64,000 bases of DNA, from the NCBI GenBank assembly GCA_977017645.1, contig OZ360247.1, forward strand, positions 23,684,001 through 23,748,000. The letters are read 5' to 3'. Source of the stretch: Torpedo marmorata (lineage: Eukaryota). Shown here one piece after another: positions 52,674 through 63,260 of the stretch; within the stretch, counting starts at the first letter, position 1; every line of letters starts with the position of its first letter. The notes beneath the pieces are model-generated. The model ran no database searches. It worked only from the letters and a program-made list of their open reading frames with translations, and was not told where the DNA came from. Position numbers and translations under genes: made by a program.

Positions 52674-53829
52674 GCAGGTTAACTGGCTTTCGAGGAGAGA
52701 GAGGAATTCTAAACATTAGCAGAAATAGTAAAAGAAGAAATTGGAACAATGAGATCTTGTGACTTTGCATGCCTTGCTTAAAAATAAGCCTTTTATCCCA
52801 CATTTATATATACTATGTACATCCATAAATAAAAATTCCACAACAGGATGATCCTCAACTTTCAGAAATCCACTTCGAGTTGACCATCCTTCTCAACACT
52901 GATCAGCAATCAATTTTGTCTTGAATTAACATGAATGTTGTGAATAAATCCAGAGAACTTTGATCAATCTGGATTCAGAAAAGACTTTGGCATGTACCAT
53001 TTTTGGGTTATGACAGAATCTGAATCACATAGCACATTGGTACAATATTGAAATGCACCTGAACAACTATCTACAGCAAGCTTGGATTATATCTAAACTC
53101 ATAAAGCCTTCCCAATAAATAGGAAAGACTTGCTGTGTGAGAAATAAGCATACGGTCCACTGGCAAAGAAAAACTTTAATACAAATCACTTTTTTAAATG
53201 TACAGTACAATGTTCTTAAATACCCCTGCATAACCATCTGAAAATGGGTCCTTAACAATTAAAGGAACAAGTCCTTATGCTGTTGCCTTACAAAGGCCAG
53301 ACAGGTTACATATAAACGCCTCACTGCCTTCACTCTAGGTTCCTTGGAGGTCCTTTGACCAGCAGCATATTAAGCCAGAGAATATTGTATAAAATGTGTT
53401 CAAAAATATGATGAAAAGTTAGTTGTTAGATCATGACCTAATGTGAGATTGTTTTAATCAATTATCTACATCGAAATGCAAATAACCATCAAACTATGAT
53501 TGAAATAATAGCCACGTGTGTTCATTAACAACATGATCAATAGCAATTAAGGCACTGAATTGGTAGGTAAAATCCACTGCTGCTGCAGAAACATTAAAAA
53601 CAACCCTCTCTCGACTTGGGGTACAGCGCTTTAAGGCGTTCAAAATGAAATGACAAAATAAAAATAAACAACTCTTATTTGATTTAATCATACATCTTAA
53701 GTTTTAACTTCTCCCCATGGATTCGTTCCCATTAAAACAAACCCTGTCACTTTAATTGATGCACTATAAGAAAGAGTTTCTCTCTTTAATTGGCCCCTTT
53801 CTTGCTAACACAACCCTTTACTCCTGATA

Positions 53830-54495
53830 GGATTCTCCCAGCGCCGAGTTACACAGCGATCGATAAATCACAGGGCAAAGGGGGAATTGAATGAAAAGCT
53901 TCCGACTGCAGTGTCTGACACTCACCTTCCCAGCTCCTTCCCCAACAGAGTATAATTGCTGTTGAAAGAGTCGGTCCGTATTCGGGATAAAATCTTGGCC
54001 ACCAGTCCTTTACGATTCATCATGACGGCAAAGAAGGCGAACTCAAAAGTCCAAAGAAAGTTGATAGTTGAAGGCAGTGCAAATTAAACCCAAGGCAGCC
54101 GGGGCACTGTTGAACGTGTCGGCGGCAGCAGAGCGTCCAGCAGTCGGTAACCCTGTGCAGCGAGCACTGCTGACAAGCCCTGCTGTTCCCCCACCCCCGG
54201 GGCTGAGTTGGTGTCCTTGACAGGGGCAACCCGACTGCGGAACCTCGGCGCGGTGAAAGGTTTGCACAGCAATGCTCCACACACCAGCCCGGCGTGATCA
54301 CTCTGACAACAGTGCAATTGTAGCGGGACATCAAAACACTCCGAGGAGCCGAGGTCCAAGCAACATCACGCCGCAGAGAACCAATCACAAGTCGGACGGA
54401 AGCAGCGGTGCTGGTGAGCAGAGGCGACACCGCTGTTCCCCAGGCTGAAGCCCAAACTGCGGCAGAGCAGATGCGCGCAGGTTTAGCTGGGGAAT
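53830..54495 (-). promoter_or_regulatory. CpG island / probable promoter and 5'UTR of the kinase gene
   Basis: GC- and CpG-rich, apparently non-repetitive segment around exon 1 in an AT-rich background; CCAAT motif (ccaatca) near 54381. TSS cannot be determined from sequence. Confidence 0.7.
53926..54023 (-). CDS. stk17a-like: Coding exon 1 of a DRAK/STK17A-like death-associated Ser/Thr kinase
   Basis: Reverse complement reads ATG ATG AAT CGT ... = MMNRKGLVAKILSRIRTDSFNSNYTLLGKELG + AG, then donor GTGAGT. It joins in phase 2 to exon 2 to rebuild the Gly-rich loop ELGRGKFAVV. Not in the ORF track (98 nt). STK17A versus STK17A-like paralogue cannot be resolved by eye. Confidence 0.9.
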
Positions 54496-54774
54496 TACAG
54501 CTACAGTTAAATTGTCAGGATAAAATCGAGTTTTCCTCGTCAAACTTAAACCAAAGAGGTGTCAATTTAATGCATACTGTTTGAAGATGATAAATGTTTA
54601 TTACCACTATCAAAATATAATGTGCAGATGCACAGAAAGTCTTACCTGTTGCAACCAAAAAAATACACCAACTACAAAATAGTATAAATTACCACAGTAT
54701 GCCAAGACAGAAAAAGAGAAAATCAAAATAAAGGGAGAGATAAATATTCACAGTTGCAGTTAGTGCAAGAAAGA

Positions 54775-55457
54775 TAGAACATTACAGCACACTACAGGCC
54801 TTTCGGCCCTCAATGTTGTGCCAACCTATATATTCCTACAAAAAAACTAAACCCTTCCTACCTCATAACCCTCTAATTTTTTTTCCCATCCATGTGCCTG
54901 TCTAAGATTCTCTTAAATTCCCCAAATGTTCCAGCCTCCATCTCCATTCCTGGCAAGGCATTCCAGACACCCACAACTCTCCGTGTAAAAAAAAACAAAA
55001 CAAACTTACACCCGATGTCTCCCCTAAACTTCCCTCCCTTCACTTTGTACAGACGTCCTCTGGTGTTTGCTACTCCTGCCCTGGGAAAAAGGTGCCGGCT
55101 GTCTATCTTATCTATGCCTCTCAGAATCTTGTAGACCTCTGTTCTCAGTCACCTCTCATCCTTTTACGCTCCAAAGAGAAAAGCCCTCACTCTGCTAACC
55201 TTGCCTCATAAGTTTTATTTTCCAATCTAGACAACATCCTGGTAAATCTCCTCAGTACCCTTCCATAGCTTCTACATCCTTCCTATAATGAGGTGACCAG
55301 AACTAAACACAATACTCTAAGTGTGTTCTCACCAGAGATTTGTAGAGTTGCAACATGATCTCTCAACACTTGAACTCAATCCCTTGACTAATGAAGCTCA
55401 GTATTCCATAGGCCTTCTTAACTATCCTATCATCCTATGCGGCAACCTTGAGAGATG
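54775..55457 (-). mobile_element. CR1 LINE 3' fragment
   Basis: Reverse strand encodes EYCV.FWSP and ERKRMRGD motifs; atagaacattacagcac tail. Confidence 0.8.
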
Positions 55458-58152
55458 TGTGGCGCTCTTAATCAAGGATGAGTTCAAGGCAATAGCGAGA
55501 GATTATATAAAATCTAAGCAACATAATGTTGAGTCCATCTGAGTAGAGATTAAGAATAACAAAGGGAAAAAATCACTGGTGGGAGTTGTCTATCGCCCAC
55601 CAAATAACAATAGTACAGTGGCACAGGCAATTAACAGAGAGATAAGTGAGGCATGTAAGAATGGAACGGCAGTGGTCGTGGGGGACTTTAACTACCACAT
55701 AGATTGGGAAAATCAAGTTGGTCGCGGGAGTCTGGAAGAAGACTTCATAGAATGCATCTGTGATAGCTTTCTCGAGCAGCACGTTAAGGAACCAACAATA
55801 GTGAATGCTATTTTGGATCTAGTATTGTGCAATGAGATAGGTAGAGTAAATGATGTAATAGTTAGGGACCCTCTTGGAAATAGCGATCATAGTATGATTG
55901 AATTTCTCATACTGATGAAGGGGGAAATAGTTAGATCTAAAACTAACGTATTATGCTTAAACAGGGGAGACTATCACAGGATGAGGGAGGAATTGGTCAG
56001 CGTGGACTGGGAGCACAGGCTAGTTGGTAGAACAGTTGAGGAACAGTGGAAGATTTTCAAGGAGATTTTTCACAATGCTCAACAAAAATATATTCCAGTT
56101 AAGAATAAGGGCAGCAAGAGAGGGAAGAGTCAGCCGTGGTTAACTAAGGAAATAAAGGAGAGTATAAAATTAAAAGCTCAGGTGTACAAAGTTGCAAAGA
56201 GTAGTGGGAAACTGGAAGATTGGGAAAACTTTAAAAGACAACAAGGGACAACAAAGTGGGTAATAAGAAAGGGGAGAAAGGATTATGAAGGTAAATTGGC
56301 ACAAAATATAAAAACAGATAGCAAAATTTTTTATAAATATATAAAACGGAACAGGGTGGCTAGAGCTAACATAGGACCCTTGGAAGATGAGAAGGGGAAA
56401 TTGATATTGAATAATGAGGAAATGCCGAGGCCTTGAACAAATATTTTGTGTCTGTCTTCACGGTGGAAGACACGTCCAGCATGCCAAAGAGTGGAGATAG
56501 GGATGCGAATGTTGGTGAAGGCCTTGATAAAATAGTTGTTACAAAGGAGGTAGTGATGAACAAACTAATGGGACTAAAGCCGGACAAATCCCCTGGTCCT
56601 GATGAAATGCGTCCCAGGGTTCTGAGGGAAATGTCAGAAGTTATAGTCAATGCATTGGTGGACATATACCAAAATTCTCTGGATTCTGGGCAGGTCCCGG
56701 CAGATTGGAAGACAGCAAATGTCATGCCACTTTCTAAGAAGTGATGTAGGCAGAAGACTGGGAACTATCAGCCAATTAGCTTAACGTCTGTAGTTGGGAA
56801 AATGCTTGAAGCTGTCATTAAGGATGAAATAGTGAGACATTTAGAACGAAGGGGTTCAATCAGGCAGGCGCAGCATGGGTTTAGGAAGGGCAGATCTTGT
56901 TTGACAAACTTGTTAGAGTTCTTTGAGGACATAATAGGTGCAGTAGATAGAGGGGAACAGGTTGATGGTGTATATTTGGATTTCCAGAAAGCGTTTGATA
57001 AGGTGCCGCACAAGAGACTTATCAGTAAGTTACAGGTGAATGGAGTCCAGGGAAGTATATTGGCATGGATTGAGGATTGGTTGTCTGACAGGAGGCAGAG
57101 AGTCGGGATAAATGGGTGTTTTTCTGATTGGCAGACAGTGGTAAGTGGGGTGCCGCAGGGGTCGGTGCTGGGCCCACAACTGTTCATCATTTACATTGAT
57201 GATTTGGAGGAGGGGACAAAATGTGGTGTTGCCAAGTTTGCGGATGATACTAAATTGAGTGAAAGAGCAAATTGTACTGAGGATGTGGAGAGGCTGCAGA
57301 GGGATATAGTTAAGTTAGGTGAGTGGGCAAAGGTCTGGCAGATGGAGTATAATGTTAGTAAGTGCAAGAAAAATAAAAGAGCAGAATATTATTTAAATGG
57401 TGAAAAACTGCAGCATGCTGTTGCGCAGAAGGACTTGGGAGTGCTTGTGCACGAATCGCAAAAAGTTGGGTTGAAGGTGCAGCAGATTATTAAGAAAGCA
57501 AATGGATTGTTGGCCTTCATCACTAGAGGAATTGAATTCAGGAGCAAGGAGGTAATGTTGCAACTGTACAAGGTACTGGTGAGACCGCACCTGGAGTACT
57601 GTGTGCAGTTCTGGTCTCCATATTTGAGGAAGGATATACTGGCCTTGGAGGCAGTCCAGAGGAGGTTTACTAGGTTGATCCCTGAGATGAAGGGATTGAC
57701 ATGATGAAAGATTAAATCGTCTGGGATTACACTCACTCGAGTTCAGAAGAATGAGAGGAGATCTTATAGAAACATATAGAATTATGAAGGGGATGGATAG
57801 GATAGAGGTAGGAAGGTTTTTTTCACTGGCGGGTGAGACCAAAACTAGGGGACACAGCCTCAAGATTCGGGGGAGTAGATTTAGGACAGAGATGAGGAAA
57901 AACAGTTTTTCCCAAAGAGTGGTGAATTTGTGGAATTCTCTACCCAGGGAAACAGTTGAGGCTGCTTCATTGAATATATTTAAGGTTCAGTTGGATAGAT
58001 TTTTACATAAAAAAGGAATTAGGGGATATGGGGAAAGGGCAGGTAGGTGGAGTTAGGTCATTGATCAGATCAGCCATGATCTTATTGAATGGCGGAGCAG
58101 GCTCGATGGGCCAGTTGGCCTACTCCTGTTCCTAATTTCTTATGTTCTTATG
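55458..58152 (+). mobile_element. CR1 LINE, 2.7 kb: partial AP-endonuclease, RT and 3'UTR (frameshifted)
   Basis: GVVYRPP...VVGDFN...ILDLVL...LGNSDH (APE domain); KSPGPD; YLDFQKAFDKVPH, GVPQGSVLGP, KFADD; tail ttcttatgttcttatg. Confidence 0.95.
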
Positions 58153-58344
58153 TATGGATTTGGACCCCAAGGTCCAAACAACATTTCAGTGGTACAGACC
58201 GTTTGGCGGTCCTGGAGTCATTTAGGTTAGGGTATTATGGGAATGTTTTGAGTATCTTTCATCCCTTGCTTTCCTGTTGGTGAAAAAGATTGAATATCTT
58301 TAGCCACAGGCAAGATTCCAAAGGACTGTCGTATAGTTAGTGTT

Positions 58345-58915
58345 CTCCATGGGGCCTCCATGTCGATGCAAACATGAAGAAGGCTCGTCAGTGGCTATAC
58401 TTCGTGAGGAGTTTGAGGAGATTTTGTAGGTCACTAAAGACTCTCGAAAATTTCTACAGGTGCACCGTGGAGAGAATTCTGACTGGTTGCATCACTGTCT
58501 GGTACGGAGGTGCCAATGCACAGGACAGGAAAAAACTCCAGAGGTGTGAACTCGGCCAGCGACATCATGGGTACCAGTCTTCACTCCATCGAGGACATCT
58601 ACACGAGGCGGTGTCTTAAGAAAGTAGCCTCTATCCTCAAGGACCCTCACCACCCAGGCCATGCCCTCTTCACTCTGCTACCATTGGGAAGGATGTACAG
58701 GAACCTGAAGACGATCACCCAGTGGCACAAGGACAGCTTCTTCCCCTCTGCCAGCAGATTTCTGAATGGACAATGAACCACAGACGCTACCTCACTTTCT
58801 CTTATTTTTGAACGAATTTATTTTTTTAAATGTGTTTTATAGAAATATTTGGACTGTAACGCTCCCGCAAAACAACAAATTTTGTGACATGTTCATGACA
58901 ATAAATTCTGATTCT
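58345..58915 (+). mobile_element. Rex1/Babar-type LINE fragment nested in an old CR1
   Basis: KKARQWLYFVRSLRRF...CITVWYG; same subfamily as 27368-28056. Confidence 0.8.
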
Positions 58916-60156
58916 GGTGTTGTTCCTTTGTTCAATGAGGGACATAAGGACAATCCAGCAAATAATAGGCCAGGGAGCCTTCCATCAGGGTAGGGAAGCA
59001 ATTTGAGAAGATTCTTAGGGATAGGATACACTCACATCTGGAAAAGCGTGCACTTATTATGGATATCAGCATTGTGCGGGATGCCTTATGTGGCCGATAG
59101 GAGTTTTATGAGGAGGTGACAAAGATAATAGATGAGGGGAGGGCAGTGGATATTGTCTACATGCATTTCAGTAAAGCATTCACAAAAGTACCTCAAAGTA
59201 GCCTGCTCCAGAAGCTTAAGACTCAAGATCCTTTATTGTCATGCACATAATATACAAAATTTGTTCACTTTTGTTCACTGCAAAGGCCCCTCTAGCCTGG
59301 TGCCCCCACCAGTAGGAGAAAGGGAAGCAAAACAAAAGAAAGTCCTGTCAGAAACAGTGGGTGTCCGTGGATTCGCCTCCTGCACTCCCGCAACCTCCGC
59401 AGCCACACGGCCTCATGTCCGTTCCAGCGGTGAACCCGAGCTCCTGGTTCTGAACTCCGATACAAGTAGGAAGCTGTTAACACCCGAGGTCCATTGGGAC
59501 TTGCCCACCATCAGCACCCTCACAATTCCTAACAACTGGATTATAGGGGCACTGGAGGAGCTGCTGTAATGGTGGAGCTACCACTGGTGCGGACCCGGGC
59601 GAGCGAGAAGTGGAGACACAGTGCTCCTCTGCAGGGACCTACTGCCCGGTCATCGTGCTGACAGCCCCAGACAGGCTTTAAGCAGCCTGTTAAAGGGGCT
59701 GACTGTGTTTTTTACATCTTGAAACCACAGAGGTCTGTGCCCGAGATGGCAGCACCTATGCAGCGGACCACGAGGAGTTGCGGGTTCTGGGGGATCAGCG
59801 GAATGGCGTGGTGCACCAAAAGTGGGAGAACAGACCCCCCACTGAGAAGGACAAGCCTGGGGGATGACATAACAGGGAAGGTGACCAAGGCAGCGAACCA
59901 GCGAGGCGCTCAGTGGCTGAAGGACCCACACAGGCGGCGGGCTGCTGGTGACCAGCTCATGGGAAACAGGTATGGGGACCAGAATTCATAGGGGTGCTAA
60001 TGACAAGAAGGGCTTCGGGCGCTGACAGCTTCCTGATCATATCGGAGGTTTGGATCTGGGAGCTTGGGTTTGCCAATGGAATGGACAGGAGGCCGTGTGG
60101 CTGCAGAGGTTGCGGGTCCGCTGGAGGTGAATCCACGGACATTCAGTGTCTCAGAA

Positions 60157-60945
60157 GGGACCTTCCGCAGGGACCGCTCCCTCCGCGATTCCCTCGTGCA
60201 CTCATCCCTCCCCACCCATCGCACCCCCGGCACCTTCCCCTGTGCCCACAGAAGGTGCAACACCTGCACCCACACCTCCCCCCTTACCACAGTCCGGGGC
60301 CCCAAACAGGCCTTTCAAGTGAAGCAACACTTCAGTTGTACATCCAGAGAACTTATTTACTACATCCGGTGCTCCCTTTGTGGCATTCTCTACATCGGAG
60401 AGACCGGTCATAGATTGGGAGATCGCTTTGCTGAGCACCTCCTCTCCATCCACAACAACAGTGACCTCCCAGTAGCCAACCATTTCAATTCCGAGTCACA
60501 CTCCCACACTCACATGTCTGTCCATGGCCTTATGTACTATCCCACCCAGACTACCCGCAAATTGGAGGAACAACATCTTATTTTCCGTCTGGGCACTCTC
60601 CAGCCAGGTGGCATTAATATTGACTTTTCTGCTTTCCACTAAACCTGCTCGCCTTTTCCTTCCACTCCCCCCTCACCTGTTCTTCCTGTTTTTTTCCACC
60701 CACCCAGCCATCCCTCCTCCCCCTCTTTGCTGCTGTCCCCTCCCTCCTTTCTCCACCTATCATCTCCTGCCTTTGCCACACCCACCCTTCCCCCCCTCAC
60801 TCTTTTATTCGGACGCCTGCCAGCATTTTCTCATACTTTGATGAAGGGCTCAAGCCCGAAACGTCGGTTATGTATTTCTACCTTTGCTACATAAAAGACA
60901 CTGTTTGACCTGCTGAGTTTCTCCAGCATTTGTGTTTTTTTACTT
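60157..60945 (+). mobile_element. Penelope-like retroelement 3' fragment: GIY-YIG endonuclease plus terminal repeat
   Basis: PGTFPCAHRRCNTC...LIYYIRCSLCGILYIGETGHRLGDRFAEH...RKLEEQHLIFRLGTLQPGGINIDF (Cys motif and GIY-YIG), then a pyrimidine-rich UTR and the hammerhead-like motif. Confidence 0.92.
60832..60872 (+). ncRNA. Putative minimal type I hammerhead ribozyme motif
   Basis: CATACT-TTGATGA-A-GGGC TCAA GCCC-GAAAC-GTC-GGTTATG: core boxes (C/U)UGANGA and GAAA, a 4-bp stem II, a GUC site and stem I CATA.CT/GG.TATG. Activity is untested. Confidence 0.6.
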
Positions 60946-61281
60946 ACTCTCTTTGGCTTCTTTCTCTTATTGTTGGGGGCGCGAGTTAATGCTAGTGGCG
61001 ATACTTTATGTGCCTTTATGGCAGGCAAAAGTTGATGAATTTTGTGTATTATTATATTTTGTATATTGCTACATGACAATAAAGTAATCTTGGTTCTCAT
61101 TAAGGCATATGGGAGCCATGGTAACAGGATAGATTGGATTCAAAATTTGCGTGGCCATAGAAGACAGGGGACAGTGGTGGAGTAGTGTTACCCGACTGGT
61201 GGTCTGTGACCAGTGGTGTCCTGCAATATAATAAATGATGTGGACAAAAATGTAGGGGGCTGATTAGTAAGTAGTAGATTA

Positions 61282-61844
61282 CACTGGACAACAAATTTTT
61301 TCACAAGGTTTGCTTCCTGAAACAAAATTGGGGATTATGATAGACAACTTCAAGTTGAACACAAAGATGATTTCAGATTTGCATGTTTAAAAGAATAATG
61401 ATGCTGACGCGATGTGTTAGTTCAACTGACCTCAAAATGTTTTGCTGCTGATTTTCGTTTGTACTCAGCATCTGATGCCTCTCATGTCAGTGTTCAACAA
61501 TAGTCGGCCAGCATGGATGGATTCCAGTTGCCCTGATACTGCTTTTCCACGGTCGCAATGTCCTGGTGAAACCTTTCACCATGTTCGTCACTGACTGCAC
61601 CAAGATCAGCAGGGAAGAAGTCCAAGTGCGAATGCAGAAAATGAATTTTCAATGACATGTTGCACTTCATGGTTTTGTATGCTTGAAGTAGACTTAAAAT
61701 ATAACAGGAAATCACAAAATTAGGTTATATCTAAAAAAAAGGTACGTGATGGGGAAATTGTAAGGTGATTTTCATGATCAGCAGCCCAAAATCCATAAAA
61801 TACACCCAAAAGCGTTCAGGAAGCAAAATCTTCATTGTCCAGTG
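61282..61844 (-). mobile_element. Internally deleted DNA transposon with TA TSD and a transposase C-terminal fragment
   Basis: TA|cactggacaac...tttgcttcctgaa ... ttcaggaagcaaaatcttcattgtccagtg|TA; peptide KIHFLHSHLDFFPADLGAVSDEHGERFHQDIATVEKQYQGNWNPSMLADYC. Confidence 0.8.
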
Positions 61845-62226
61845 TAATCGTTCCCCTACAAGGGCATTGACTCCTCCCGAGAGGAGCAGAAGAAATTGTC
61901 AGTTGCATTCACTGCGGAGTTTGCACAAGTTTAACAATTGCAGTATAAATGTAAGCATTTAATGGTAACAGCATTGAATTTCTTTTGCAGAATGAGTTTA
62001 CCGGTATTTATTGACAATCACTGCACAAATGTGATTTCCCAAGGTGAGGTTTTCAACACTGGTCTAATTGAAGATACTTTTGCAAGTGCAAGTATTTAAA
62101 AATTAATACACTATCTCACAACTGACAACAGTCAATATAGTCTATAAAATAGCTTGTCACATGACATGAGCTCCCAAGCTCCTGAGAATAAGGCTTCAGC
62201 CAGACAGAAATGCTGAGGTCTTGTGA

Positions 62227-63260
62227 AGTGAACAAGAAAATCTGCAGATGCCTGGGTCTAGTGTAGTGCACAAAAGTGCTGGAAAAACACCGCAGGTCAC
62301 ACAGCATCCATAGGAAGTAAAAGGCAGTCGACGTTTCTGGCCTGAGCCCTTCATCGGGATTGTTGAACATCAGGCAGATGCCTGAATAAATAGGAGGGGG
62401 AAGTTGGGGGAAGGGGAAGGGGGAGGAGCACAGGTTAACAGGGGAAGAGGTAATAGATTTCAGATTCTGATTTCAGATTTCTTGTCAGAGTACATACATG
62501 ACATCACATACAACCCTAAGATTCTTTTTTCCTGCGGGCAAGGCAGAATTACCAATCATTGGCAGTGCAAAAAAAAACGGACTCAACGTACACATGTAAA
62601 CAAATAAAGAAATGTAAACAAACTGACTATGCAATATTCGTTCAGGTGTGGTGTGGGCGATCATGTCTCTCCATCCATCATGGTCTCTGGCCCTCCGAAT
62701 TGCAGTTGTTGCAATATAGAGAGAGAGAAAAAAATTAATGAAGTGCAAAAGTAAGAGTCTTTAATTAAGTCCCTGATTGAGTTTGTTGTTGAGGAGTATG
62801 ATGGTGAAGGGGTAGTAGCTGTTCCTGAACCTGGTGGTGCGAGTCTTGTGGCACCTATACCTCTTTCCTGACGGTAGCTGTGAAAACAGAGTGTGTGCTG
62901 GGTGGTGTGGATCCTTGATGCTTGCTGCTGCTCTCTGACGGCAGAGTTCCTTGCAGATGTTCTCGATGGTGGGGAGGGTTTTGCCCGTGATGTCCTGGGC
63001 CGTAGGTGGATGCTGGTGGGAAGGTAGAAGCTGGGAAGTGATGAGGGAGAGGGCAGAGTGCAAAGAAGAATAGCTCTCCGATAGGAAAAGGAAGGTAAGG
63101 AGGTGGGGAGCTGTAGGAAGGGAGACAGAGGTGTGAGGGAAAGAGACCCCTCCCCCCCATCTTTTTATGAAGCTCAGGCCCAAAACGTCGATTGCCTTTT
63201 ACTTCCTGTGGATGCCGCGTAGCCTGCTGAGTTTCTCCAACACTTTTGCATACTGCTTAG
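62227..63260. mobile_element. Inverted Penelope-type repeat pair interrupted by a minus-strand Rex1/Babar fragment (~62456-63002)
   Basis: Minus copy with gtcgacgtttctggcctgagcccttcatcggg (62327); plus copy with ttatgaagctcaggcccaaaacgtcga (~63165); the Rex piece encodes KDPHHPAHTLFSQLPSGKRYR. Confidence 0.7.

Larger units (their letters stand above)
59221..61099 (+). mobile_element. Second GC-rich element (same family as 46567-47660) with an inverted 3' piece upstream, inserted in CR1 and itself interrupted by Penelope
   Basis: Shared motifs ctggtgcggaccc, aagatggcagc, ggctgaaggacc, tttggatctgg and gaatccacggaca; tails at 59221-59290 (minus) and 60945-61095 (plus); ttaag repeated at both junctions. 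Confidence 0.7.
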
